A stretch of 42,993 nucleotides of DNA, from contig JACPGZ010000046.1 in assembly GCA_016188895.1 (NCBI GenBank), forward strand, positions 1-42,993, read 5' to 3'. The first letter of the stretch is position 1. Every line of letters starts with the position of its first letter. The stretch is from Candidatus Pacearchaeota archaeon. Its GTDB lineage: Archaea; Nanobdellota; Nanobdellia; Pacearchaeales; GW2011-AR1. The position numbers and the translations under genes are program-made. Below the pieces are notes generated by a model, which was not told the origin of the DNA, did no database searches, and saw only the letters and a program-made list of their open reading frames with translations. Below are positions 27,265 to 36,874 of this stretch, piece after piece.

Positions 27265-29690
27265 AATTCTATATTTGTTTTTAAATGATTTAAAATACTA
27301 ACTTGGTCAATTGTATCTGATTTTCTCTTTGCATTATTGATTATCTTCTTGACATCTTGCTTATCTAAAATAATAACTCTTCCTTTAGATTTATTCATAT
27401 AATCTTTAAAAGCAAGGCCTAAATTAATTCTAAGAGGGCTGTCCAATTTTTTATTTATCATAAATTGTTCATATAAAGTAATAAGATCTTGTAAATTTAA
27501 AAGAACTATCTTTCCAGACCATCCCCGATATCTAATTATATAATCAGAGAAACTCTTAAATTGTTTTAGATCTAAACTATTGGATATAACCATAAAACAA
27601 GAAAGATTTTTTGAGAATGCTTTAATTTCTGGTGCTTGATTTGTTCTTTTGATATAATCTCTAGCCTTTCTTTTCTCATCCATATCCAAATCATAAATAT
27701 TAGAAGAATATTTACAATCATAAATCAATGAAAAACCCTTTTTAGGAGTAATGTTGGAAGTTATCCCGTACAATCCATCTGGAACCGCTTTTCTTTTTTG
27801 ATCCTTTCCCCATTTGTAAATACCATAAAAACATGCTCTCAAAAGAGGGTAACATAAATCTTCAAATTCATCTCCATTAGAAACATATTTTTTATCTCTA
27901 ATCTCGATAAGTTTTTGATTAGCATCTTTTGTTTTTAATATCAAAAGGTCTTCAAACTTCTTAATTACTTTTGTGTTTATTTCTACTTTTATATCTTCAT
28001 CTTTATCAAAAATAAGATTATATGCAAATATCTCAGATGACAAATTATAACTATTTTCTCTAATTTCTTTATCTATAATTATTTTCACAATGGGTATCAT
28101 AGAGATTTCGATTTTGTTTAAAATTTTTCCAATTCTCCTCACAGATTCAAGATAGAGATAGAATTCGGTTTTAGTATCTTTAAAATAAACAAAAGGATAT
28201 TTAGTTTTTCCTATTTTATGAAGTCTTATAGATATCCTATCTTTACCATATATTTTTTTAAGGCGTTTCACAATAAATTCAAACAAAGCATCACGATTTA
28301 TCACTATATATTCCCTTGGTTCCAGTTTTTTAATATTGGCACCACATTTAGGGCAGTTATTTATATTAACATTATAAAAACGGTGAGCTGAAGTATTATC
28401 AACACAAACATAACATACATCTTCATTTGAATGAAGGAGTCCTTTAGAAGCAATTTGAACATATACCTCTTTTTCTTTAGAAGACAACTCTGAAGGAACT
28501 TTACCAATTATATTCTTAAAAATTTCTATATCACTAAGCTTTGATTCTTCTCTTTCGTAAGGAGCATGAATTTCTATCCCAAAATCTTCATTTAATATTT
28601 TTGTAATCTGTTTATATCTAAATTCTGATAGCCCCCTATTAGTGAATATAAAAGATATCGCGTTGGGATCTTTTCTATCTATTAATATAGTCTGGGTAAA
28701 ACCATTCAAATCAAGTTGAAAACTTCTTAAATTATGTATGTTTTTTGGATCTACAAAACTATTATCAATAAAAGTAGACATGCATTGATTAAGTGGTGCT
28801 CCATGTTTGGATTCCCTAAAAGTACATTGGCAATTGACTCCCTTTTCAAGCTTATTAAAAACAAGTTGTATAATTTTTGCATTCTTTGATTGGTACTTAA
28901 TTATCTTTGAGATTATATCTTTTATATTGCTCTTTGTTTTTATGCTCTCAACATAAATTTTATAATTTAAATCTTTAAGAATCAGAGTGAATAAATCTAA
29001 GATTTTTGGATTTCCAGACCTTATCTCTATTTGATTTTTAGTTAAGTCAAATTTTATAAAATAAATCCCTCTTCTTCTAATTGATTTACTCTCCCCATAA
29101 CCTGTAACAACATCCTCTTTTTTTGATTTTTCAAAACAGAAGAAAACTTCACTATTTGATTTAAAATTTCTGGAAGATCTATTCTTTCCTAACTTAAGTT
29201 TTTTTGTGTAATTTTGGATATTAATATTCTTGAAAGAAGAAATAGTATCTTCTGAAATCCCTGGATTTATAGACCATATTTCTAACATTCTTGTTTTATA
29301 GTAGAGAAAATAAAAAAAACTATCAGTGATTTTTTCTCTATCATTAATATATAAATAAATAAGGCCTAATAATGGATTATCTATATACTCTTTTTTAAGT
29401 TTAAGCTTCGTGAAAAAATCTCGTAATGAATCAATCTTACCCTTGAGATAATTAAATAATCCGTAAAATTCTTTTCCCTTTAGAGTCTTGAATATCTCTT
29501 TTATTTTGTCTTTTTCATTCACATTTATCTCATTCACATTAAAAAATTTTAAGAGAATTTGTTTATCAGTAAAACATGGCTCTATTCTCTGTTTGAAGGT
29601 AGCTAGCCAGTTATCGTTAAGACCATCCAATTTTCTTGGGCTAACTCCTATATTAAGCCAAAAATCTTCATTTTGAATTGTTTCTTGCAT
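27261..29690 (-). CDS. Large uncharacterised protein with central zinc ribbon and C-terminal FokI-like PD-(D/E)xK nuclease domain
   Basis: The ORF track starts at a TTG (29732); the ATG at 29690 is preferred because of the conserved promoter spacing. CYVC...CPKC ribbon at nt ~28335-28435. C-terminus VPDGLYG...SLIYDCKYSSNIYDLDMDEKRKARDYIKR parallels FokI KPDGAIY...VIVDTKAYSGGYNLPIGQADEMQRYVEE. Confidence 0.65.
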   Translation of the reverse strand: MQETIQNEDFWLNIGVSPRKLDGLNDNWLATFKQRIEPCFTDKQILLKFFNVNEINVNEKDKIKEIFKTLKGKEFYGLFNYLKGKIDSLRDFFTKLKLKKEYIDNPLLGLIYLYINDREKITDSFFYFLYYKTRMLEIWSINPGISEDTISSFKNINIQNYTKKLKLGKNRSSRNFKSNSEVFFCFEKSKKEDVVTGYGESKSIRRRGIYFIKFDLTKNQIEIRSGNPKILDLFTLILKDLNYKIYVESIKTKSNIKDIISKIIKYQSKNAKIIQLVFNKLEKGVNCQCTFRESKHGAPLNQCMSTFIDNSFVDPKNIHNLRSFQLDLNGFTQTILIDRKDPNAISFIFTNRGLSEFRYKQITKILNEDFGIEIHAPYEREESKLSDIEIFKNIIGKVPSELSSKEKEVYVQIASKGLLHSNEDVCYVCVDNTSAHRFYNVNINNCPKCGANIKKLEPREYIVINRDALFEFIVKRLKKIYGKDRISIRLHKIGKTKYPFVYFKDTKTEFYLYLESVRRIGKILNKIEISMIPIVKIIIDKEIRENSYNLSSEIFAYNLIFDKDEDIKVEINTKVIKKFEDLLILKTKDANQKLIEIRDKKYVSNGDEFEDLCYPLLRACFYGIYKWGKDQKRKAVPDGLYGITSNITPKKGFSLIYDCKYSSNIYDLDMDEKRKARDYIKRTNQAPEIKAFSKNLSCFMVISNSLDLKQFKSFSDYIIRYRGWSGKIVLLNLQDLITLYEQFMINKKLDSPLRINLGLAFKDYMNKSKGRVIILDKQDVKKIINNAKRKSDTIDQVSILNHLKTNIEF

Positions 29691-29730
29691 AAAAAACCAA
29701 TAAAATCCACCTATAATTATCTTTCTATTC
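29691..29730 (-). promoter_or_regulatory. Conserved promoter element GAATAGAAAGATAATTATAGGTGG-N16-ATG
   Basis: The first 19 nt are identical to the element at 30197-30236. The TTATAGGTGG-N16-ATG part is shared with the mod upstream region (35452-35486). Confidence 0.6.
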
Positions 29731-30196
29731 AAAAGGAAATCTCTGACTTTTTCTCTGAATTAAAATAATTATGTAATTTTTGCTTTATACTCTTACTTTT
29801 ATAAATTTTCCCAGTTTCATCGCGGTACCATGCAAAATCGCAATCTCTTCCTCTTAATTCATCTAAAGTAAACCATTCACTATGAGATTTTCCTTCCCCT
29901 AGTTCTCTAGGCAAACTAATTGTTTTAATATTTATTAAATCATCTTTTCCCACACGAATGCCAACAGATGAAAGAGTTACTGGTCTTCTTCCTTTGTTTA
30001 TTGCCTTAACAAAAAAGAATGGGCCTTCTGCTCCCTTACCGCTTCCCATTACACCGAAACTAGCTTTCACCTTTATTTTTGCTTTGTCTCGGTTATAATT
30101 ATATAAACTTAAAATTATCCCTAATGTTGAAATAATTGATCCATAAATTGCTAAGAGCATTATATAATTTTTTACAATAAATTCTAATATTGTCAT
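29729..30196 (-). CDS. Small membrane-anchored protein (N-terminal TM plus beta-rich domain)
   Basis: 155 aa; one TM (IMLLAIYGSIISTLGIILSL), no recognisable domain; located between res and the FokI-like gene. Confidence 0.6.
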   Translation of the reverse strand: MTILEFIVKNYIMLLAIYGSIISTLGIILSLYNYNRDKAKIKVKASFGVMGSGKGAEGPFFFVKAINKGRRPVTLSSVGIRVGKDDLINIKTISLPRELGEGKSHSEWFTLDELRGRDCDFAWYRDETGKIYKSKSIKQKLHNYFNSEKKSEISF

Positions 30197-30236
30197 TTAA
30201 ATCTTAAAAAATCCGTATATAATTATCTTTCTATTC
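30197..30236 (-). promoter_or_regulatory. Conserved promoter element GAATAGAAAGATAATTATATACGG-N16-ATG
   Basis: Same element and the same 40-nt distance to the ATG as at 29691-29730. Confidence 0.6.
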
Positions 30237-30253
30237 CAGCTCTTCTCAGATTA

Positions 30254-33007
30254 TTAAGCATGTTTTTTAATTATGTCCTTAACATCCGAAGGCCTAAAAG
30301 AAACATCCCATGTCCATTTTCCAAATCTTCCATCTCTATTAACTGCATTAATCCACTCTTGTAAGTATTCTCTTTTAGTATTATTCTGTTGATCATCTTT
30401 CCCTTTAACTTCCAAAATTAGCATTTGATTATTATTGAGCTTTATCAAAAAATCTGGATAATATTTGTGAATAATACCCTTATAAATATAATTTATAACA
30501 AATCCGATATGGTCATTCTTCACCCAGGATTTCACATCTTTATTTCTGTCAAATTCAAATGCTTCTGACGCCTCCCATCCGCTATCAATTACAACATGGC
30601 TAATATGAGACTTTTTAACTAATTCACATCTTTTACTAGTATACCAAGTCATCATTTTTCCTGTAGACTTTATTGGTTGTTCTTTATCATAAACAGCCAC
30701 TGCCTCTTCAGTATTCTCAAATCTAATTGCACTAAATAGATGCTGAACTATCTTACTCATATTTAATAAAATTAAAACTCTTCTTTTTAGTTCTTCATTA
30801 TAGGTTTTGCTCTTAATAATAAGCTTGTCAGAATTAAGAAAATCTTCAACAATTTTAACTAATTGCATAAGTAAACTATCCTTATCTCCTTGCCAACTCG
30901 GTTGCATTTGTTCATAAATATCTCTTGTTGTTTCAAAGATAAGCCTTTGCATTCTATATTTTTTTCCCAAACTTTCTAGTTCGATTTCCCTTATCTTTTC
31001 TACATTTGGTTTACCCTCAATAACAGGAGCCATCTCAACTAACATAGGTGTATCTTCAGGATTGAGTTCGAATGACTTTACTTTTTTTGTGTCTAAAGAT
31101 AGTTTTGGTCTATAAATATGGTTAATCCTCAAGACATTAGGCCATTTGATCTCGTATTCTTTTTTATTACCTTCAACAAAAATTCTTGTTTTTGGTTTTG
31201 GTGGAGCAGGAATTGTTTCTCCTGTTCCTTCATGAGGCAAGAAAGTAAATGGAACTCCAAAAATATTGACATATTCTGCATCAAAAAGTCCTGTTTCAGG
31301 ATTTACTTCATAAGAGGTTCTTCTTAGTCCTCTTCCAACAACTTGTTCACATAACAATTGACTACTAAACGCTCTTAAACCCATAATGTGAGTAACTGTT
31401 TTTGCATCCCATCCTTCAGATAACATTGCGACAGCTATTATATTTTGTATTTGTTCACCCATTTCACCAACTTTTCCAACTGTATCAACCTTCTTTCTTA
31501 GGATTTCGGCTTGTTCCTGTTTCGACAATCCATTTTCCTCTTTTATTGCTTCCTCTGTATCTTTCTCTTCTGCTTTTTTTAATACATCTGAATCTATTCT
31601 AAGCATTCTTTCAGTATCTTTAAGTTCATCAATTCTTATTTTTCCCTTTTTAAATGAGTTCTCAACTCTTGCCGCAGTCTCGGTTCTGTTACAAACCGTG
31701 ATTAAAACAGGAGGAACTTTAACTTTTTCCTTTCCCCATAGTTTTTTTGTTTCAAGCCAATCTTTTCCTAAAAAATAATAAGCATTTACAACTAAGTCGG
31801 GAAGAGGATCTGTTTCTTCAGCTTTTTTATTTAAACTTGCTTTCACTTCTGAGTCCATGTATATATGATAAAATCTAGATTTCATATCTTTTGTGAGAGT
31901 TCCATCATCTCTTATTACAACTCTTGGTGTTTTGACTAAGCCAGATTCAATTGAGTCATTTAAACCAAAATCACTTACAATCCATCCAAATAATGTCTCT
32001 TCATAAGTCCTTTTACCAGATGGAGCAAAGGGTGTTGCAGAGAAGTCATGGCATGATAAAATTCCTCTAGTTTTATTTATTCTATCTAATCCCCCTATCC
32101 AGATTGTTGCTTCTTCTGCACTATCTTTATCTTCACTAACCCTTTGGTATTTTCCTTCAGCTTTTATGTTTGTTCTCCATGCATGGTGAGCTTCATCATT
32201 TATAATTAAAATATTCTTAGCGTCAGAAAAATCTCCCAGAACTCTTTTTGTAAAAGCTTCATCACTTTCCTCTCCTACTTTTTTTCTCATAACTGGTGGC
32301 AAGCTTTTTGCATCTAATGGAGCTAACATATGCCAGTTAATTATTTTTATTTTTCCTTGTCTTAATTTATCAAATTCTGAAGAAGGAATCATATCAAATT
32401 CTGAATAATAATTTTGTTCATTTGAAGATTTTAATACCTGTAGCCTACTTTTAACTGTTAATCCTGGTGCAACAACAAGGATATTTTTTGAAAAACGATT
32501 ATCTTTAGGATAAGTTATTTTATTTAAAATCTGCCAAGCTATTAACATTGCCATAACTACTGTTTTCCCTGTTCCAGTTGCCATTTTTGAACAAATTCTT
32601 TGAAATTCTCCACCATCATCAGGGATTTTTATTCCTTGTTTTTCACTTGCTGGTGCTTCAACAAGCCAGATTAAAGTTTCAATTGCCTCTAATTGACAAA
32701 AGAAAAGCTTCATCTCTCTTTCAGGATTTTTCCAATATTCAAGAAGACTTTTTGTTATGCTTGTTACCCCGGGATACCCTGACTCTCTCCATTTATCAAC
32801 TCTCTTTCTTATTTGATTTACTAGTGGGAGTTCAATAAAATGCCCTGGATCATCAAATGATTTTGAACTTTCTGAAGCAACAACATATCCTGCTGGACGC
32901 CTTCCATCAACTATCTCAAACTTTCTTATTTCCCTTACATACTTTAAGTGAGTTTTTGGTTTTTCATAAGGGCTACTTATAATTAAATGGTCTGTTGTAT
33001 TTGTCAT
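30254..33007 (-). CDS. res: Type III restriction enzyme Res subunit (SF2 helicase plus C-terminal endonuclease)
   Basis: 917 aa; MATGTGKT (motif I), INDEAHHAW (DEAH), C-terminal YYPDFLIK...LILEVKGKD PD-(D/E)xK motif; 4-nt overlap with mod. Confidence 0.85.
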   Translation of the reverse strand: MTNTTDHLIISSPYEKPKTHLKYVREIRKFEIVDGRRPAGYVVASESSKSFDDPGHFIELPLVNQIRKRVDKWRESGYPGVTSITKSLLEYWKNPEREMKLFFCQLEAIETLIWLVEAPASEKQGIKIPDDGGEFQRICSKMATGTGKTVVMAMLIAWQILNKITYPKDNRFSKNILVVAPGLTVKSRLQVLKSSNEQNYYSEFDMIPSSEFDKLRQGKIKIINWHMLAPLDAKSLPPVMRKKVGEESDEAFTKRVLGDFSDAKNILIINDEAHHAWRTNIKAEGKYQRVSEDKDSAEEATIWIGGLDRINKTRGILSCHDFSATPFAPSGKRTYEETLFGWIVSDFGLNDSIESGLVKTPRVVIRDDGTLTKDMKSRFYHIYMDSEVKASLNKKAEETDPLPDLVVNAYYFLGKDWLETKKLWGKEKVKVPPVLITVCNRTETAARVENSFKKGKIRIDELKDTERMLRIDSDVLKKAEEKDTEEAIKEENGLSKQEQAEILRKKVDTVGKVGEMGEQIQNIIAVAMLSEGWDAKTVTHIMGLRAFSSQLLCEQVVGRGLRRTSYEVNPETGLFDAEYVNIFGVPFTFLPHEGTGETIPAPPKPKTRIFVEGNKKEYEIKWPNVLRINHIYRPKLSLDTKKVKSFELNPEDTPMLVEMAPVIEGKPNVEKIREIELESLGKKYRMQRLIFETTRDIYEQMQPSWQGDKDSLLMQLVKIVEDFLNSDKLIIKSKTYNEELKRRVLILLNMSKIVQHLFSAIRFENTEEAVAVYDKEQPIKSTGKMMTWYTSKRCELVKKSHISHVVIDSGWEASEAFEFDRNKDVKSWVKNDHIGFVINYIYKGIIHKYYPDFLIKLNNNQMLILEVKGKDDQQNNTKREYLQEWINAVNRDGRFGKWTWDVSFRPSDVKDIIKKHA

Positions 33008-35451
33008 TTTAAACTAATAATCTTTAATGATTCTATTCCTCTATCATCGATAATTTTTACAGCAATTTGATTATTCTTTCCTGCTTTAAACGGAAGAGAA
33101 ATATTTCCAGAGTATTTTTCTATCAAATCTTCGTCAATAAATGCTTTAAGGTTTTTAGCGAGTTTATTCCATCCTTCTCCCTCTCCTAATTCCCACATTG
33201 CAATTTTTGAAGTATCTCCTGATTCAATCTCTCCGGTTTTTGTGTTATAATAATCAAAACCATTGATCTGAACAATGTATTTTTCTCCTTGTTTCTTTAT
33301 TTCAATATCTGGCTGACCGATAAGCCAAAATGATTCATTGCTTGATCTTTTCTTTTTTAAGTCTTGAGTAAGCAAATCAGTATTCATTTGTGCTTTTATT
33401 ACATTTACTCCCGGCCATTTTAATTCATCAATGTCTTTGGCTGCTTCTGGGTCAAATTGGAATGATGCAAAAACAATTATTTTCGGTTTTGGGACTAATT
33501 TTTGAGCTTCCTCAATCGCTAATTCAACTTGCCTTTGTTCTAATGGAGCATATTCTGGCCCAAAAGAAACAACAACTTTCTCTCCTGTTTTTGTTTCTCC
33601 TTCTGCATGTAACCATCTTGTTGCAGGAAGTGGTTCAATTCTAAAGAATTCTAATTTTTGTCCACCTTTTCCCCTTATCCCAGAAGATAATAATTCATCT
33701 GTCCATTCATTTTGTCTTAGAGTTTCTCCTGAACGAGCAACACTATTATCTGCCTCTTGTTTTATTTTTACTGCTTCAATTTCATCAAAACTTCTTACTC
33801 TTTGAGATGGAACAGCTTCAAATGTAAAAGGTCCTGTAACTCTTTTTTTATTTTTATCAATTAATGGCTGATCATAAAGAGTTTCTTGTTGTGCAGGTTC
33901 ATTATTTGCAATTGAGCCAAGAGTAATGTGAGGTACGATTTTGTATTTAAAACCACTACTAACTCCTTCTTGAGGATGGGCCAGTTCATAGTATTCAAAT
34001 AAAGAAGTCATGAGTCTTTGTTTGGCAAGAGTAATTGCAACTCTTGAAGTATCGCAAGTTATCCATCTTCTTCCCCATTGTTCAGCAACATAAGCAGTTG
34101 TTCCAGAGCCACAAGTTGGGTCTAATACTAAATCTCCCGGGTCTGTTGTCATAAGAATACATCTATTAACCACTGCGGTGTTCGTTTGAACAACATATAC
34201 TTTGTTTTGTTCAGCCCATAAATCTGTCCATGTCGCATTAATCTTCATATATGGAAAATCACTATAATATTTTTTATATCTTAATTGATTTCCAGATTCA
34301 AATAACCTATTTAGTTTAGCTAATTGTTTCATTGAATTTTCTGAGACTCTCCAACCATTGACAGGATCATATGTTTTACCATTATAGCTAAATTTATATC
34401 TTGTTTGTAGGGTACTTGCTACAAGAGGCATTGTTGTAAAAACTTTATTTCTGTCAAAGTTTATTTTCTTTTCTTTTGCTTCTCTATAACTTATGAAACT
34501 ATTTTTATATTCTACCAAATCAGAGTCGTCAAAGTCCTCTGCTCTTTCAGTAAATAATTCACGATATTTCATTTGACTCTTATCTTTTGCATACCATATA
34601 ATAAAATCGCAAACTCCCGAAAGTAGTTTAGTCGGTTTAGTGCTTGCAGTTCTAAATTGTATTATTGTGATAAAGTTATCCATTCCGAAAACTTCATCCA
34701 TAATTTCTCTAACATGATGCAAGTTCTCATCTGAAATTTGAACAAAACAACTTCCACTTTCATGCAATAACTCATAAGAAAGTTTTAATCTACCTCTAAG
34801 ATAAGTAAGATAAGAATGAATTCCTAATTCCCAAGTATCTCTAAATGCTTTAATCATCTCTGGCTCTTGAGTCAAATCTTCATCTTTTTGATCTTTAACA
34901 TCTCTTTTATTAACAAATGGTTGAAAATTTGAGCCATATTTAATCCCATATGGTGGATCAATGTATATCATCTGAACTTTTCCAGCCATGCCCTCTTTCT
35001 CTATTAAGGAATTCATAATAAGTAAAGAATCACCAGCGATTAATCTATTTGACCAATCTTGACTATGTTTATAAAACTCTATTGCTTCTCTTATTGGAGG
35101 ATTATTTTCTTTTAATTCGAAATAATGAAATAATGTTTGTTGTTCTTTCTCTTCCCTGCTTTTTACCTTTTCTATTATTGTTAAAGGATCAATTCTTTCA
35201 TGAACGTGCAAAGAAACAGTATCTACATTAAACGATTGTCCTTCTGTTTTTCCTGCCCATTGTAATTGAGGATCTATATGAGGATCATACTGATATTTTT
35301 TCTGCCCATTAAGATGATCTGTTTCTGCTGTAACAAGACCGACAGGAGGATTATTTGCTCTTTTTTCATTTTGATAGGTATATTGTTTTACTTCTATTTT
35401 TTCATATATCTTCCTCTTCCCAGTCTTCTGCTTATGTTTCTTTCTTACCAT
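33004..35451 (-). CDS. mod: Type III R-M Mod methyltransferase (beta-class N6A/N4C)
   Basis: 815 aa; DPPYGIKYG (motif IV) precedes DPTCGSGTTAYVAEQ (motif I); N-terminal YDPHIDPQLQWAGK, typical of Type III Mod proteins. Confidence 0.85.
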   Translation of the reverse strand: MVRKKHKQKTGKRKIYEKIEVKQYTYQNEKRANNPPVGLVTAETDHLNGQKKYQYDPHIDPQLQWAGKTEGQSFNVDTVSLHVHERIDPLTIIEKVKSREEKEQQTLFHYFELKENNPPIREAIEFYKHSQDWSNRLIAGDSLLIMNSLIEKEGMAGKVQMIYIDPPYGIKYGSNFQPFVNKRDVKDQKDEDLTQEPEMIKAFRDTWELGIHSYLTYLRGRLKLSYELLHESGSCFVQISDENLHHVREIMDEVFGMDNFITIIQFRTASTKPTKLLSGVCDFIIWYAKDKSQMKYRELFTERAEDFDDSDLVEYKNSFISYREAKEKKINFDRNKVFTTMPLVASTLQTRYKFSYNGKTYDPVNGWRVSENSMKQLAKLNRLFESGNQLRYKKYYSDFPYMKINATWTDLWAEQNKVYVVQTNTAVVNRCILMTTDPGDLVLDPTCGSGTTAYVAEQWGRRWITCDTSRVAITLAKQRLMTSLFEYYELAHPQEGVSSGFKYKIVPHITLGSIANNEPAQQETLYDQPLIDKNKKRVTGPFTFEAVPSQRVRSFDEIEAVKIKQEADNSVARSGETLRQNEWTDELLSSGIRGKGGQKLEFFRIEPLPATRWLHAEGETKTGEKVVVSFGPEYAPLEQRQVELAIEEAQKLVPKPKIIVFASFQFDPEAAKDIDELKWPGVNVIKAQMNTDLLTQDLKKKRSSNESFWLIGQPDIEIKKQGEKYIVQINGFDYYNTKTGEIESGDTSKIAMWELGEGEGWNKLAKNLKAFIDEDLIEKYSGNISLPFKAGKNNQIAVKIIDDRGIESLKIISLK

Positions 35452-35486
35452 AAAAATTATAAAATAACCACCTATAAAAAACTATC
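35452..35486 (-). promoter_or_regulatory. mod promoter element TTTTATAGGTGG-N16-ATG
   Basis: Shares TTATAGGTGG and the exact 16-nt spacing to the ATG with the element upstream of the FokI-like gene. Confidence 0.55.
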
Positions 35487-35616
35487 TTGTGCCTCATAAG
35501 AATGTATAATTAGACTCCATTCTTATTCATCTGACGCTTTCCAAGGTAAATATCTATTCTATTTTGTCTAATTTATGGCCTTCAACTTCTCCCTTAAATC
35601 ATCCCAGTCACATACT

Positions 35617-36873
35617 CTATCCCGTAATTGAGGCTAGAGTCTCTGCCTCTTCCACCAATTCTCCTTCTGTATTAAAATGAGGCAATCCATTCTCCCTAAA
35701 AACATGGTCTATACAATACATTATTCCCCTCTTGTAATTGAGGATTAAAACATCTTCCGGTCTTGTCGAAACTCTTTCTTTTAGACTATCTGGGAGATAT
35801 TTACTCATTGCAGCTTGATGCCATTTCAGAACTATTTTTTCTGGATTTTCAGGAGTTGGATAAAAGCCACAAATCTCAAACTTACCAAAATCATGCGAAG
35901 TAAGCAAAATTCCTTTCTTTTCTAAACCGGATAAATGCCTTTTTGATTCCGCAATATTTCTAAATGCTTCATCAAGGGGGAGAGCGTACTGCTCAACTCC
36001 ACGAACAGGCATGAAGATAGTAAGATAATAAGAGATGATTTTATTATCCAAGAAAGATCTCTGGAGGTCAATTAAAGTATTAACAGAATCATTAACTCCT
36101 CTGATAATTGCGGGCTGGCCTCTAATTTGAATGCCTGCATTTTGCAATCCTCTAATAGCTTCTCTTGAAGTTTCGCTAATTTCAGCAGGATGATTGATTT
36201 GTGCTATAATACTTACTTGTTTATTTTGTTTGGAATTAATATCTGAAAAGAAATCAAGGAGAGCTTTATCCATAAATCTTTCTGGGTCATAGGCTAAGCC
36301 TTTTGTGGCAAATCTTACAACTCTTATTCCATTATAATCAATAAGTCTGTCTATTAAATTAATTAAATCATCTGTTTTCCTGAATGATGCGGGGTCTCCG
36401 CCTGTAAAAAGAACATTATCAATTTCGCTATGTTTTGATAAATAGTCAAGAGCAATATCAATTTTTTTATCTAGTGTTATTTGTTTTTTATCTTCATGCC
36501 TTATTTCTCTTACTTTATAACAGAACTGACAATTAGCAATACAAAAATCATCAATATGCAAGAGAAGAGTTTTTTCATATTTATGCTGAAGAAATGCTTT
36601 TTCATCTTGTCTATAAGTTTTATTTCCATAGGGATCAAATCTTCCTTTGAATGGCTTTTTTCCAACAGGAGGCAGGACAATATTTGTTAATTGGGTTCTG
36701 TAAGGTTCATCTTGCGCTCTGATAAGATTAGCGTAATATTCTGTAACCTTAAATGGCATGTATGACTCACTTAGCGCTATTCTTCTTGCTTCTTTTTCTT
36801 TAACAGACATTCCGAGAAAATCAGCAAACCTTTCAAATCCCACCTCTCCTGTTAAAATTCTTAGGAGAGTCAT
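35617..36873 (-). CDS. KamA-family radical SAM aminomutase (lysine 2,3-aminomutase-like)
   Basis: 418 aa; CIANCQFC radical SAM cluster motif in the KamA context (LLHIDDFCIANCQFCYKV), FTGGDP, PVRGVE. Confidence 0.75.
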   Translation of the reverse strand: MTLLRILTGEVGFERFADFLGMSVKEKEARRIALSESYMPFKVTEYYANLIRAQDEPYRTQLTNIVLPPVGKKPFKGRFDPYGNKTYRQDEKAFLQHKYEKTLLLHIDDFCIANCQFCYKVREIRHEDKKQITLDKKIDIALDYLSKHSEIDNVLFTGGDPASFRKTDDLINLIDRLIDYNGIRVVRFATKGLAYDPERFMDKALLDFFSDINSKQNKQVSIIAQINHPAEISETSREAIRGLQNAGIQIRGQPAIIRGVNDSVNTLIDLQRSFLDNKIISYYLTIFMPVRGVEQYALPLDEAFRNIAESKRHLSGLEKKGILLTSHDFGKFEICGFYPTPENPEKIVLKWHQAAMSKYLPDSLKERVSTRPEDVLILNYKRGIMYCIDHVFRENGLPHFNTEGELVEEAETLASITG

Positions 36874-36874
36874 A

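Noticed and set aside
29691-29732. TTG start (29732) giving an 823-aa product with a 4-nt overlap to the 155-aa gene
   Set aside because: Codon 1 in the ORF track is a TTG. The ATG at 29690 has the same 40-nt and 16-nt spacing to the conserved promoter element as the neighbouring genes, so the shorter ~809-aa product is preferred. This is not proven.
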